Counted from the stretch's first letter, positions 1 to 10,287 are shown. The stretch: 64,000 nucleotides of DNA from an uncultured Acidobacteriota bacterium (GCA_963835275.1 CAWIFC010000003.1:10202-74201); one strand, 5' to 3'. Notes: generated by a model from the letters alone, not told the origin. Numbers and translations: made by a program.

Positions 1-309
1 CGGGTCCGCGAACCAAGCGAACGTTCCTGTAGGAATCTCGACCGGCCCAACCAGAGTCTTCCCGCCGACCGTTTGCGCCTTATCAAGGTAGGCCTTCACG
101 TCGCCCACCTGCACGTACACGGTTACGTAATGCTGCGGCTCGTGGCCGAGAGCTGTGATGTGTCCGCCAATGCCGCCATTGCTGGCGGTGTCGATCATGG
201 TCGCTGGTCCGGCCTCCTGCATTTCCCAATCGAAAAGTTGACCAAAGAATGCGGCGGTTATGCCTCGGTCGCGACAGCCGATCTCGAAATGAACCACGGG
301 TTGACCCAT
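1..309 (-). CDS. VOC (glyoxalase/bleomycin-resistance/dioxygenase) family protein, C-terminal part cut by window edge
   Basis: Absent from the ORF track because no stop lies inside the window. My own minus-strand translation from ATG at 309 gives MGQPVVHFEIGCRDRGITAAFFGQLFDWEMQEAGPATMIDT...GGKTLVGPVEIPTGTFAWFADP. GGAGGA lies about 5 nt upstream. The N-terminal pattern is typical of VOC-fold proteins. Confidence 0.6.
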   Translation of the reverse strand, partial: MGQPVVHFEIGCRDRGITAAFFGQLFDWEMQEAGPATMIDTASNGGIGGHITALGHEPQHYVTVYVQVGDVKAYLDKAQTVGGKTLVGPVEIPTGTFAWFADP

Positions 310-352
310 CGCCGTCCTCCATTCCCATCGAAACGCAGAGGATGATAACAGA

Positions 353-1078
353 TTATTCGCAGGGGTTTATTAACAATTCTGCGCAGGATTCCACACAGGC
401 ATCCGGTTCGAGTCCGGCCAGTTCGTCAGCCTTGAAGATTCCGGTGCATACCGCGACGATCTTCGAATTTGCGAGACGAGCGGCCCTGACATCTTCAGGA
501 GTGTCGCCGATGAAACACACTTGCGCAGATACACCCAGCCTGCGTCGCACTTCCATCACGCCCTGGCGGAAGATGTCGGCCCGGCTCTCATAGTGATCGC
601 TGAAGCAGCCAAAGCCGAAAAACTCGTGCAGACCAACCGCGTGGACCTTGAGCCATCCGACTGATTCCAGATTTCCAGAGGCCAAGCCGAGCAATTTGCC
701 GGCAGCCTGCAATTCGGCAAGCACCTCGGGGATTGCCGAGCAGACGGTGGGCGCGATCTGATTGGCGTTGGCCGCCGCTTCACGGCGCACAGTTTCGAGC
801 GCCGACGGAAGACTTGCTTCGAACCGGTCGCCCGAGACGCCAACGCGCTCCAGCGCAGCGCGCAGAATTCCCAAGTCAGTTTTTCCGTGATAGGCAATTC
901 CGTCGATCGTGGTATCGACCCCGTATGCCTCACGCATCGCCTGATGCAGCGCATTGCGATGCACCCGGTCGCGGGAGACGAGCAACGTGCCATCGATATC
1001 AAAGAGGTAGGCGTCCGCATCCATCCAGCGAAAGCCGTTGGATTTGGTTGTTGGTGTCTGAAGCTGGAATTCGTTCAT
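353..1078 (-). CDS. HAD-superfamily hydrolase (phosphoglycolate phosphatase-like)
   Basis: HAD motif I is present as YLFDIDGTLL (DxDGT), and a C-terminal FIGDTPEDV (GDxxxD) is present. The start is ambiguous between ATG 1078 and ATG 1024. Confidence 0.8.
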   Translation of the reverse strand: MNEFQLQTPTTKSNGFRWMDADAYLFDIDGTLLVSRDRVHRNALHQAMREAYGVDTTIDGIAYHGKTDLGILRAALERVGVSGDRFEASLPSALETVRREAAANANQIAPTVCSAIPEVLAELQAAGKLLGLASGNLESVGWLKVHAVGLHEFFGFGCFSDHYESRADIFRQGVMEVRRRLGVSAQVCFIGDTPEDVRAARLANSKIVAVCTGIFKADELAGLEPDACVESCAELLINPCE

Positions 1079-1117
1079 AATCCGCTTGGCAATTCCAAAA
1101 GCGTGAAGCCTGTTGTT

Positions 1118-1906
1118 CTATTTCACTATCAGTCGAGTGATTTCTCTCGCTCGGCCGGTGCGCTCATCGCAATCCACTACGACTGCGCAAAGGCGGACGT
1201 CCCCCGTCGCAGCCTCGAATCGAGTCGGCATGTTGCTCAGAAACTTGCCCACGACCAGTTCCTTCTTAACGCCGATAACGCTGTCGTAAGGCCCGGTCAT
1301 GCCCACGTCGGTGATGTAGGCAGTGCCACCGGGCAGAACGCGTTCATCCGCTGTGGGAACATGAGTGTGCGTGCCAACAACCACCGTGACTCGCCCGTCG
1401 AGGTACCAGCCCAGCGAAATCTTTTCTGAAGTCGCTTCCGCATGGATGTCGACAAAGATAACCTTCGCCTTGATTTCCTTCAGCAACTGATCAGCGACGC
1501 GAAAGGGATCGTCGTTCGAAGCCATAAAAACTCGGCCCTGCAAATTGATCACTGCGTAGGCGACGTCGCCTTTGCGACCCTCATACACGCCCCACCCCGG
1601 CATTCCGGGCGGGTAATTGGCCGGGCGCAAAACTCGGCGCGCCGGGCTGTGCGGGCCATCGGCGGCCTGAAAGTAATCGATGATCTCCCGTTTGTCCCAG
1701 ATGTGGTTGCCGGTGGTGAGAACATCAATGCCCATCTCGAACAGCTCCTCGGCGAGCGGTGGCGTCAGACCAAAACCGGCAGCCGCGTTCTCTCCATTTG
1801 CGAGCACGAGATCGATGGCGTGCTCCTCCACCAGCGCGGGGAGGCGCTCTTTGACCACAGTTCGTCCGGGTCTGCCGAAGATGTCACCAATAAAAAGAAT
1901 ATGCAT
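1118..1906 (-). CDS. ymdB: YmdB-family metallophosphoesterase (2',3'-cyclic-nucleotide phosphodiesterase type)
   Basis: MHILFIGDIFGRPGR, ANGENAAAGFG, GNHIWD and GTHTHVPTAD are the calcineurin-like motifs as arranged in the YmdB family. ATG at 1906. Confidence 0.78.
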   Translation of the reverse strand: MHILFIGDIFGRPGRTVVKERLPALVEEHAIDLVLANGENAAAGFGLTPPLAEELFEMGIDVLTTGNHIWDKREIIDYFQAADGPHSPARRVLRPANYPPGMPGWGVYEGRKGDVAYAVINLQGRVFMASNDDPFRVADQLLKEIKAKVIFVDIHAEATSEKISLGWYLDGRVTVVVGTHTHVPTADERVLPGGTAYITDVGMTGPYDSVIGVKKELVVGKFLSNMPTRFEAATGDVRLCAVVVDCDERTGRAREITRLIVK

Positions 1907-2039
1907 GATTGTTGTAGCGCCGGCTCCGCGCCGGCTGTTGGAAGATATCTGACATCAGGTCGAAGCTCGATGTTACCACGCGAAAACGGAACTGCCCTGC
2001 AGACGGCTGAACGGGCGAGGACGCCCGTTCTCCAAAGGT

Positions 2040-3626
2040 TCATGGAACCAGTTCCGCTGTTTTCAGAAAGTCGTAATTCCCCGGTGGATTCAGGGTCAGG
2101 TTTCGCACCCGCTTGGTATGCACCATTACGTTCTCGACGTACCACAGGTTGATGTAGGGCAAATCCTCGGCCAGGATTCGCTGAATCTCCGCATAGATCT
2201 GTTTGCGCGCTCTCTGATCCAGTTCGCCGCGCGCCTGGTCGATCAGCGCATCCACGCGCGGGTTGGCGTAGTAGGTGCGATTGGCGCCGTGCGGCGAGAA
2301 TTTAGCCGAGTGGAAAACATATTCAAAGATGTCCGGATCTTCGTTGCCTCCGACCCACCGGAGGGAATGCAATTGGTAGGCGCCGCGGGTGACGTCAGAA
2401 AAAAACGTGGCGAACTCGAAGGTGCGAATGTCCAGCACGATGCCAACCTCGCGAAGTTGCTGCTGCAGCACGGCAGCGATCAGACGAGTGTTTCCGTCGG
2501 TCGAAGTTTTCAGCTCCAGATGGAAGCGCGCGCTGTTCACGGCTGGATATCCAGCTTGCTCGAGCAATTGCCTTGCCCGGTCGGGATTGTAGTCATAGTG
2601 CGGTACGTCGCCGTTGTATGCCCAACTCTCAGGAGGAAGAAGACTGTACGCAGGCCTGGCGAAATCGCGCAACAGATAGTGAATGATCGGCGCTCGGTCG
2701 ATGGCATACGCCAAAGCCTGCCGCACCCGAACATCTTTGAGAATCGGATCCCGAGTGTTGAACGCCATATAAGCCAGCACCGTGCCCGGAGCGTGCAGCA
2801 CCTCCAGCTTGGCCTCGCGTTCGAGCGCCAACACCATGTCCCCGGTAAGAGAGTTGTTGGCAATGTCAGCGCTGCCCTTGCGCAATTCAAGCGCCTGGGT
2901 GGTGGCATCCGGAACTACAGCAAAGCGTACGCGCTTCAGGCGCACTTTCCCGCCCCAATAGTCGTCGTTGCGTTCGATAACAACTTCTTTGTCCGGTTCG
3001 GCGGTGACGAAGCGGAATGGGCCGGAGCCAATCGGATGGCGGCTGATCTCATCACCGCTTCCGTACGGCACGATTCCGATGGCGCCATCTGAAACGTTCC
3101 ACAGAAATGTTGCGAATGGCTCCTTGAGGTGAAAAGCCACGGTGTAATCGTCAGGCGCGTCGATGCGATCCACGGGCCTATACGCGGCTGCCTTGGTGCT
3201 GCGAATCTTGCCCTGCAGCAGGGAATCGAAAGTCCACTTCACATCGCGAGAAGTAAGCGGGCGGCCATCGTGGAATTTCACGCCCTGGTGCAAGTGGAAT
3301 ATGTAGGTGAGAGGATCGGGAATGTCCCATCGATCAGCCAGTCCCGGCTGAACGTTCAGGTGATCGTCGCGTGTGCAGAGGTCGTCGAAGAGGAGTTCGT
3401 CAATTCGCTCGGACTGCGCATCCAGACCAACTCGCGGATCCAAATTCGTGGGACTGCTCTCGATGATCATCACCAGCGTACTGGGATCAGGCTTGGCGGA
3501 GCAGGCGAAAAGGGGAAATAGAAGAGCGAGGACCGCGATCCCCCTTATCAGCGAAAACCGTGTGGGCACAGTCACCCGCGGCGGTGCGTTCGCCGCGCTT
3601 CGGCGAAGCGGTTTCCTCTTACGCAT
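2040..3626 (-). CDS. ABC-transporter substrate-binding lipoprotein, family 5 (peptide/nickel/murein-peptide type)
   Basis: Typical family-5 SBP sequence. I trimmed the 600-aa ORF to ATG 3626 (MRKRKPL...LLFPLFAC, lipobox LFAC). The R-rich upstream part of the ORF lies inside anmK. No permease or ATPase gene is adjacent. Confidence 0.8.
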   Translation of the reverse strand: MRKRKPLRRSAANAPPRVTVPTRFSLIRGIAVLALLFPLFACSAKPDPSTLVMIIESSPTNLDPRVGLDAQSERIDELLFDDLCTRDDHLNVQPGLADRWDIPDPLTYIFHLHQGVKFHDGRPLTSRDVKWTFDSLLQGKIRSTKAAAYRPVDRIDAPDDYTVAFHLKEPFATFLWNVSDGAIGIVPYGSGDEISRHPIGSGPFRFVTAEPDKEVVIERNDDYWGGKVRLKRVRFAVVPDATTQALELRKGSADIANNSLTGDMVLALEREAKLEVLHAPGTVLAYMAFNTRDPILKDVRVRQALAYAIDRAPIIHYLLRDFARPAYSLLPPESWAYNGDVPHYDYNPDRARQLLEQAGYPAVNSARFHLELKTSTDGNTRLIAAVLQQQLREVGIVLDIRTFEFATFFSDVTRGAYQLHSLRWVGGNEDPDIFEYVFHSAKFSPHGANRTYYANPRVDALIDQARGELDQRARKQIYAEIQRILAEDLPYINLWYVENVMVHTKRVRNLTLNPPGNYDFLKTAELVP

Positions 3627-4776
3627 ACGAAATCTTTCCCAAGATGGCGGGCCTCTTCGCACCTGTGGCCGAAGGCACGTTCGACGGCAGCCGATTCCAT
3701 GTTTGAAAAGCCAGCAACGCGAACGCCGCCGCTTCTTTGGCTTCCGAGGGCAGCCCGAATTCGTCCGAGGAGCGGATCTGCAGCCCGAGGGGCCGAAGTT
3801 CGTTCGCCAGCATCGCCATGAGTGTTGGATTGCTCGCGCCACCGCCGGAAACGATGAAATCCGCGTACGCGCCCGTCCGCCGAACCACGAATCGGCGAAG
3901 TGCGTCGGCGATGGACCTGGCGGTCAACGCTGTGGCCGTGGCGACGATGTCTCGCTTATTCACCCGCCCGCAGCGTCGGATGAACTGCTTTGTAAACTCA
4001 CGCCCGAATTCCTCGCGTCCCGCGGTTTTGGGTGGTTTGCGCCGAAAGAATGGGGCACGCAAGACATCGCTGATCACGCGGTCGAGAATCGCGCCAGAGC
4101 CGGCGATTCTCCCACCGCGGTCGTATGGTTTGCCAAAAAAGCGCTGGGTGACAGCGTCGATGACCATATTGCCCGGGCCGGTATCGAAGGCCAGCACCTG
4201 ATTGAGGGAAGCGTCGGCGGGGATTGCCGTGAAGTTCGCGATCCCTCCGATGTTCTGCACAATTCTGCCGACACGGCTGTCGCGATACAAAAGAAAATCG
4301 AGGAAGGGAACTAGTGGCGCCCCTTTGCCGCCCGCCGCCATATCGGCAGGACGGAAATCAGAAACCACCGGCACGCCGATGCGCGCAGCCAGTACAGCTC
4401 CCTCGCCGGTTTGCCACGTAACGGCGAGTCTGCGTCCAAGAAACGCTGTGGCTTCACCTTGGTGATAGAGCGTCTGACCGTGACATCCCACGAGCTCTGC
4501 CTTGAGATGAAAACGGCGCTGCGTGGTCAGCAGTGCGTCAGCGTAAAGTTCGGCGAGCAGAAAATTTAGTCTGGCCAGGTCAGCCACACTGGCCTTGGTT
4601 GAATTCATTGCCGCCAACACCGCGCGGCGAACTTGTGTCGGATAGGGATACTCCGCGTGCGCTAGAAGATCGAGGCCAGGAGTCTCCGATGGGCGACGCG
4701 AAGATGCGGTTACCCGCACGAGCGCTACATTGATTCCGTCTGCCGAGGTTCCGCTCATCACCCCGGCAACGATCAT
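3619..4776 (-). CDS. anmK: anhydro-N-acetylmuramic acid kinase
   Basis: N-terminus [20 protein letters not shown] is the AnmK signature, and the length is 385 aa. ATGA overlap with the nagZ stop. The stop overlaps the SBP start by 8 nt. Confidence 0.88.
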   Translation of the reverse strand: MIVAGVMSGTSADGINVALVRVTASSRRPSETPGLDLLAHAEYPYPTQVRRAVLAAMNSTKASVADLARLNFLLAELYADALLTTQRRFHLKAELVGCHGQTLYHQGEATAFLGRRLAVTWQTGEGAVLAARIGVPVVSDFRPADMAAGGKGAPLVPFLDFLLYRDSRVGRIVQNIGGIANFTAIPADASLNQVLAFDTGPGNMVIDAVTQRFFGKPYDRGGRIAGSGAILDRVISDVLRAPFFRRKPPKTAGREEFGREFTKQFIRRCGRVNKRDIVATATALTARSIADALRRFVVRRTGAYADFIVSGGGASNPTLMAMLANELRPLGLQIRSSDEFGLPSEAKEAAAFALLAFQTWNRLPSNVPSATGAKRPAILGKISYA

Positions 4777-5882
4777 GCCCGATCCTGCCGTCTTATGGTT
4801 TCCAGCCGCACCTGTTCACTGAACTCCCACAATTGACGCGAAAGCTTCTCAAGTTTTGCAGCGGTGGGAGCGGCTGCCGGACGCTTCAATTCTTTTGATT
4901 TTGTTTTGAAAGCCACCACGCGCGCCACCGATTCCCTTGCACGCCGCGCAAATCTCGAGTCACGCTCGGCCTCGTTAACGAGTGCTTCATACGAACGCGT
5001 AATGTGGTCCTCGACATGACAAATCAGGCAAAGATCGCCACCGGCCCGAATATGCTCCACGGCGGCTTGCTCGATGGGAGCAGCCTTGAGCACTCCACCC
5101 ATCTCGAGGTCGTCCGAGACCACGAGGCCTCGATAGCCGATCTTTTTGCGCAGAACGTCAGTAATCCATTTCTGCGACAACGAAGCTGGTGTGTTATCGC
5201 GAGTCACCGCTGGATAAGCGGCATGGCCGACCATCACTAGCGGTGATTCGCGCCGCAAAGCGCGGTAAGGAGCAATGTCGGCCTCCCATAGTTTCTTCCA
5301 TGGCTTGTCCACATTAGGAAGTTCATGGTGTGTGTCGAGGTTCGCTTCGCCGAGGCCAGGAAAATGTTTGATCGCTCCCAATACGCTTGCGGAGCGAAGC
5401 CCGGTTAGAAATTCACGGGCGTAGGCCGTGGCTTCCTTGGGATTGGCCGAAACTGCGCGCGACCTCATAACGTTGCGCGACGCCTCAAAAGCCAAATCCA
5501 CAACCGGCGCGAAGTCGGTGTTGAAACCCGATGCCCGGCAGGATTCGCCGATGATCTTGCCGTGCTTGCGAAAAGCCGCGCGATCACCGGTGGCGAAAAC
5601 ATCCGCCGCGGAAGGTGCGGGACCGGTGAGGTTGCGAAATCGATCTACCGCGCCGCCTTCCATGTCCACGCACTTGAACAAACGCGTAGAGACACATGAC
5701 TGGCATTCACTGAGAAGCCGATGCGTTTGTTCTCCGCTGGTAATATTGCGCGCAAAAAGGATTACACCCGCGGGTTGCAGCCGGGTGAGCAGGGAACGGA
5801 GCCCAAGCGACATTTCAGTGCCGTCAAAGCCGATGATGAGCAATTGGCCGATCTGTCCGGAAATTGACTGGGTTCTCTTCAA
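4773..5882 (-). CDS. nagZ: beta-N-acetylhexosaminidase, GH3 (NagZ)
   Basis: [18 protein letters not shown] and [10 protein letters not shown] are GH3/NagZ motifs. The only start upstream of the conserved N-terminus is TTG 5882, which overlaps the mutS stop (TTGA). Confidence 0.85.
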   Translation of the reverse strand: MKRTQSISGQIGQLLIIGFDGTEMSLGLRSLLTRLQPAGVILFARNITSGEQTHRLLSECQSCVSTRLFKCVDMEGGAVDRFRNLTGPAPSAADVFATGDRAAFRKHGKIIGESCRASGFNTDFAPVVDLAFEASRNVMRSRAVSANPKEATAYAREFLTGLRSASVLGAIKHFPGLGEANLDTHHELPNVDKPWKKLWEADIAPYRALRRESPLVMVGHAAYPAVTRDNTPASLSQKWITDVLRKKIGYRGLVVSDDLEMGGVLKAAPIEQAAVEHIRAGGDLCLICHVEDHITRSYEALVNEAERDSRFARRARESVARVVAFKTKSKELKRPAAAPTAAKLEKLSRQLWEFSEQVRLETIRRQDRA

Positions 5883-8518
5883 TCCACCTGCTTTTTCAAT
5901 TCCGCCAACAAATTCAATGCTTCGAGGGGCGTCAAGCGATTCAAATCCACCTCGCGCAGCTTTTCCAAAACCGGCTGTGACAGCGGAGTGAAAATCGTCA
6001 GTTGAGTTGGTGGGCGCGGACCCAACTCATCACTGGCCAGTTGTTCGGTAACGCGTTGTTCCGCACTCTCGTGCTCTGCCAATACTTCCCGAGCCCGTTC
6101 AATCACTTCATTCGGCAACCCTGCCAGCTTCGCCACTTCGATCCCATAGCTGCGATCGGCAGCGCCCGGTTCTACTTTTCGCAAAAACACAATTCCACCG
6201 GCAGTCTCCTTCACCGAGACGTGATAGTTCTTCACTCCCGAAAGCCGTTCCGCGAGTTCAGTGAGTTCGAAATAATGCGTGGCAAAAAGGGTTTTAGCCC
6301 GGGTGCGGGCATGAATGTACTCGACCGCTGCCCATGCAATGGCAAGCCCATCGTAGGTGGCCGTGCCCCGCCCCACCTCGTCGAGGAGAATGAGCGACCG
6401 CGGCGTCGCTGTGTGCAGGATGGCCGCAGTCTCCGTCATTTCAACCATGAACGTGGAACGTCCGCGGGCCAGGTTATCGCTTGCCCCGATGCGCGTAAAC
6501 ACGCGGTCCACCACACCCAGTCGCGCCGACGCTGCCGGCACAAACGATCCCATCTGCGCCAGAATCACAACCAGAGCGGCTTGGCGAAGATACGTCGACT
6601 TGCCGCCCATGTTCGGACCAGTAAGAACCAGCACCGCATGGGTGGTCGAGTTGAGATAAAGATCGTTGGGCACAAAGCGTTCGTTCCCCCCAGCCATTTC
6701 CTGCTGTTCGATGACCGGATGCCTTCCGGCAACGATTTCGACATCCGCAGAGCCATCAAATTTCGGGCGGCAATAGTTCCGCAAAGCGGCTACATGCGCC
6801 AATGCTGAAAGAACATCCACTTCGGCCAATGCCAGCGCGGTCTGGCGGATGCGTCGAGCTTCGCCGGCGATAGACGAGCGCAATTCCGCGAACAGCCGCC
6901 GCTCGATCTCAACAATCTTTTCCTGCGCGTCGAGAATCTTCGACTCATATTCTTTCAGCTCGGGTGTGGTGAAGCGCTCGGCGTTGACCAGAGTCTGCTT
7001 GCGCTCGTAATCGGATGGCGCCAGATGCAAGTTAGGTTTGGAGATCTCGAGATAATATCCAAAAATGGAGTTGAACTTGACCTTCAGGGAATTGATTCCA
7101 GTGCGCTGTCGTTCTCTTTGCTCGATCTGCGCCAGGAATTGTTTGCTGTTGCGGCTCAGATCGCGCAGTTGATCGAGCTCTTGGTCCACGCCGCTTTGAA
7201 TCGCGCCGCCATCGACCAGGGAAATCGGGGGCTCGGGCACAATCGTCCTGTCGATCCGCTCCCGCAGATCACCTAGTTCATCGAGCGATCCGTGCAGCCT
7301 CTTCAGTCGCTCAATTGCGAACCTTGCCAACGCGACTCGCAGCGCTGGAATCTTACTGAGCGATGCGGCCAGCGCAAGCACATCGCGGGGATTCGCCGTC
7401 TCCAGCGTTACCCGGCTCAGCAAGCGCTCCAGATCCAGGATTCCGTCCAGCGCCCTCCGCACTTCCTCGCGCCCAACGGTCTCGTTCACCTGTGCCGCGA
7501 CTGCATCCAACCGCGCATCGATTTCCGTCACTTCGATCGACGGTCGCAGCATCCACGAGCGCAGCAGACGTTTGCCCATGGGCGTGACCGTGGCGTCAAT
7601 CGAGCGGAACAGGGTGACTCCAGCGTCGGTTCCGGCAAACAGGGGCTCGATCAGTTCCAGATTTCGCACGGTTACCGCGTCAAGCACGAGATAATTTTGC
7701 CGCTCGTAGAACCCGACCCGGTCTACGTGGTCCAAAGTTCCGCGCTGTGTGGAACGAACGTAGTAGAGAATGGCGCCAGCCGCTGAAGCCGCTGCCGGTT
7801 TGCCCGCGAGTCCGAAACCTTCGAGGGACAAAACGCCAAAGTGATTTTCCAGCAGGGGGATGGCATGGTCGGGAGCGAAGACCCAGTCTTCGAGGGGAGT
7901 CTCGGCAAACCCAGCGGCGACTCCCGACGAACGAGGATGCTCGTCCTTGCGTGGCCCGTGTTCCTCGAACAGTGGGGCTGCGGAGCCGTACAATAGTTCT
8001 TTCGGTCTGAGTTGCTGCAGCTCTTCCTGAATCCGCCTTGCAGCGTCTTCGCCACTAAACTCGGTTGCACGAAACTCACCGGTCGAAAGATCCAAAGCCG
8101 CGAACCCCACTCGATCTCCGGTTTGCGCCACGGCCGCGAGGAAGTTGTTTTCCTCGGAACCCAGCGACGAATCTGCGGCCGTGCCGGGCGTGACCACTCG
8201 CGTGACCTCGCGTCGCACCAGCTTCTTGGCAAGTCCGGCATTCTCCATCTGCTCGCAGATCGCCACCTTGAATCCTTTGCGGATCAGTTTGGAAATGTAG
8301 CCTTCCGCAGCGTGATAAGGTACGCCACACATGGGAACCGCCACGCCTCTTTCCTTATTGCGGGAGGTCAGGGTGATCTGTAACTCGCGGGATGCCAGAA
8401 TGGCGTCGTCGAAGAAGAGCTCGTAGAAATCACCCAGACGAAAGAACAACAAGGCGCTAGGGTGTTCCTTCTTGATCGCGGCATACTGCCGCATCAGCGG
8501 GGTGGACGGCTCGGTCAT
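5879..8518 (-). CDS. mutS: DNA mismatch repair protein MutS
   Basis: [39 protein letters not shown], Walker [10 protein letters not shown], and STFMVEM are present. I trimmed the 1066-aa ORF to ATG 8518. The upstream 187 codons are antisense to the galT-like 5' region. Confidence 0.93.
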   Translation of the reverse strand: MTEPSTPLMRQYAAIKKEHPSALLFFRLGDFYELFFDDAILASRELQITLTSRNKERGVAVPMCGVPYHAAEGYISKLIRKGFKVAICEQMENAGLAKKLVRREVTRVVTPGTAADSSLGSEENNFLAAVAQTGDRVGFAALDLSTGEFRATEFSGEDAARRIQEELQQLRPKELLYGSAAPLFEEHGPRKDEHPRSSGVAAGFAETPLEDWVFAPDHAIPLLENHFGVLSLEGFGLAGKPAAASAAGAILYYVRSTQRGTLDHVDRVGFYERQNYLVLDAVTVRNLELIEPLFAGTDAGVTLFRSIDATVTPMGKRLLRSWMLRPSIEVTEIDARLDAVAAQVNETVGREEVRRALDGILDLERLLSRVTLETANPRDVLALAASLSKIPALRVALARFAIERLKRLHGSLDELGDLRERIDRTIVPEPPISLVDGGAIQSGVDQELDQLRDLSRNSKQFLAQIEQRERQRTGINSLKVKFNSIFGYYLEISKPNLHLAPSDYERKQTLVNAERFTTPELKEYESKILDAQEKIVEIERRLFAELRSSIAGEARRIRQTALALAEVDVLSALAHVAALRNYCRPKFDGSADVEIVAGRHPVIEQQEMAGGNERFVPNDLYLNSTTHAVLVLTGPNMGGKSTYLRQAALVVILAQMGSFVPAASARLGVVDRVFTRIGASDNLARGRSTFMVEMTETAAILHTATPRSLILLDEVGRGTATYDGLAIAWAAVEYIHARTRAKTLFATHYFELTELAERLSGVKNYHVSVKETAGGIVFLRKVEPGAADRSYGIEVAKLAGLPNEVIERAREVLAEHESAEQRVTEQLASDELGPRPPTQLTIFTPLSQPVLEKLREVDLNRLTPLEALNLLAELKKQVD

Positions 8519-8632
8519 CTCGGGCGGCTTCGTGCGCGGATTATAACAAACCGCAATCTTTGTCGTGCGGTGCAAAACGCCGGAGTGCCGAAGATGGTTG
8601 ACGCCGCTCCCCGCGAGATGGTTTCCTTGTGC

Positions 8633-9628
8633 ATGGAGCTTCGCAAGGATCCGATCACCCGATCGTGGGTCATTACGGGCGACGACATCCCCGAGAATGT
8701 GCCTCGATCGGAACCGTTTTGCCGGTTCTGTCCCGACTCCCGCGAACCGGCGCAACTCATCGCCAACATGGCGGGGGTGCCCGGCGCTCCCTGGTCGGCG
8801 CGCTCCGTCGTGCATCCGACAGCCCTGTACCACATCGAGGGCGAGGCCACCCGCCGCGGCGACGGCATTTACGACCGGATGCGCCCCGTCGGTGCGCACG
8901 AAGTACTGGTGGAATCGCCGACGCACGATCGCCACCTGTGGAACGCAAGTGACATCGAGATCGAACAATTTCTTCTGCTGGCCGCGCAGCGTATTCAGGA
9001 TCTTAAAGGCGACGGACGCTTCAAGTACGTCAGCATTTTCAAGGACCATGGAATCAGCGCCGGGCAGGAGTTCGAACATCCCACATCGCAGCTTACGGCG
9101 ACCACATTCGTGCCCCGCCGCGTGTTATACGAACTGCGCGCGGCCCGCGAATATTTCCAGAGCAAGGAGCGTTGCGTTTTCTGCGATATCATTTCCCAGG
9201 AAGTGAAGCAAGACCTGCGCGTGATCGAGATTCGCGGCGACTTCATCGCCCTGTGTCCGTATGCGCCGCGTGTTCCGTATGAGAGTTGGATTCTGCCGCG
9301 CACCCACGAGGCTGCTTTCGAACGCTTCGGAATAAATCGACCAGGGACGATGCGCGATCTGGGCGCTCTTCTGAAACGCACCTTGCAGCGCATACGCACC
9401 ATCACCGAAGATTTTCACCTGGTGATGCACACTTCACCCAACAGCTTGCACCGGTCAGGAAACCTGGGCTATTGGAAAACCATCGACGAGGATTACCACT
9501 GGCACATCGAAATCATGCCGGTGCTGGCCTTAAAGGCGAAATCATATACCTTCAAAGAGGTGTACTATTCGCCGTTGTCGTCCGAGACGGCCGTCAAGCG
9601 CCTGCGGGATGCCAAGATCGAACCGTAG
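8633..9628 (+). CDS. galactose-1-phosphate uridylyltransferase-like (GalT/HIT superfamily, short bacterial type) protein
   Basis: [14 protein letters not shown], a CRFC zinc motif, a second-half CVFCDII and YHWHIEIMP are present. The start is set at ATG 8633 (alternative ATG 8594). The active-site motif reads HPTSQ rather than HPH(G/S)Q. Confidence 0.72.
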   Translation: MELRKDPITRSWVITGDDIPENVPRSEPFCRFCPDSREPAQLIANMAGVPGAPWSARSVVHPTALYHIEGEATRRGDGIYDRMRPVGAHEVLVESPTHDRHLWNASDIEIEQFLLLAAQRIQDLKGDGRFKYVSIFKDHGISAGQEFEHPTSQLTATTFVPRRVLYELRAAREYFQSKERCVFCDIISQEVKQDLRVIEIRGDFIALCPYAPRVPYESWILPRTHEAAFERFGINRPGTMRDLGALLKRTLQRIRTITEDFHLVMHTSPNSLHRSGNLGYWKTIDEDYHWHIEIMPVLALKAKSYTFKEVYYSPLSSETAVKRLRDAKIEP

Positions 9629-9633
9629 CGGCA

Positions 9634-9698
9634 GTCGTTGGTCTTTGGTCGTTTGTCGTTAGCCCGACTCGACCAACGACTAACGACCAACGACCGAC
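9634..9698. repeat. imperfect long hairpin built from GTCGTT/AACGAC oligomer repeats
   Basis: Left arm gtcgttggtctttggtcgtttgtcgttag pairs with the reverse complement of gaccaacgactaacgaccaacgaccgac. The first 10 bp are perfect and about 20 of 24 pair overall. It lies between two + strand genes. Confidence 0.6.
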
Positions 9699-9701
9699 CT
9701 T

Positions 9702-10055
9702 ATGACCATCCGCCGAATGAAGACGTATACAGGTGGGCAGGGATACGTCTACCAATATTACTTTGTTGGAAAACGCCCAACCACTGCAGTGACAGCGGCC
9801 ACTGAGTATGTTTTCGATGTAACCTCCGATCGCAAAACCACTTTCGCAGTCAGCGTTTTCCTGACCGAGCAAGCCACGCGAGACTGGGCCGCGAGCCACA
9901 GCCGCACCCTCACCGAAGGCGAGCAATACGGAGCGGTCAAAATGCGCCTTTTCCAGGCCTTCGATGAGATCGAGAACATGATGGCCGACGGTCGCCAGTT
10001 GTTTGTGGACGCCAAAACCCTTGAGCAAGTCCTCGCGGCCTTGGGCGTTGACTGA
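9702..10055 (+). CDS. hypothetical protein
   Basis: 117-aa ORF with ordinary amino-acid composition (MTIRRMKTYTGGQGYVYQYYFVGKR...). The overlapping 205-aa minus-strand ORF has an R/G-rich antisense-like composition. Confidence 0.55.
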   Translation: MTIRRMKTYTGGQGYVYQYYFVGKRPTTAVTAATEYVFDVTSDRKTTFAVSVFLTEQATRDWAASHSRTLTEGEQYGAVKMRLFQAFDEIENMMADGRQLFVDAKTLEQVLAALGVD

Positions 10056-10095
10056 CACTAGAGACTGAGAACCGAGAACCACGAACTGACAACTG
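10050..10095 (+). repeat. T-poor low-complexity element (ACTGA / GAGAACC units) just after a stop codon
   Basis: gactgacactagagactgagaaccgagaaccacgaactgacaactg. It shares the core AACCGAGAAC with the element at 19266..19300. Confidence 0.5.
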
Positions 10096-10287
10096 CTCTC
10101 CAAATTGATTGTCCTAACTGCCGGTCCACGTTGCCGCAAGTCCTTGAGTCCAATTCCAATGTGATCTACGTCACAAAGGTCAGTGACGTCCCCAACTGCC
10201 TCCTGCCTCATCGGCAGAGCAGACTATAATCACTTTGGCGGATCGGGAGAGGATGCCTGGACCGGCACAGGGGCCACAAATCAAGTT

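Noticed and set aside
403-417. tRNA T-arm-like string ccggttcgagtccgg.
   Set aside because: It lies inside the HAD hydrolase coding frame. The flanks give no acceptor, D or anticodon arms, and the fifth stem pair mismatches. I found no tRNA anywhere in the window.
8519-9079. 187-codon N-terminal extension of the mutS ORF (track ORF 5879..9079).
   Set aside because: The extension is antisense to the GalT-like gene and its upstream region and has an R/G/H-rich composition. The canonical MutS N-terminus ([12 protein letters not shown]) begins at ATG 8518.
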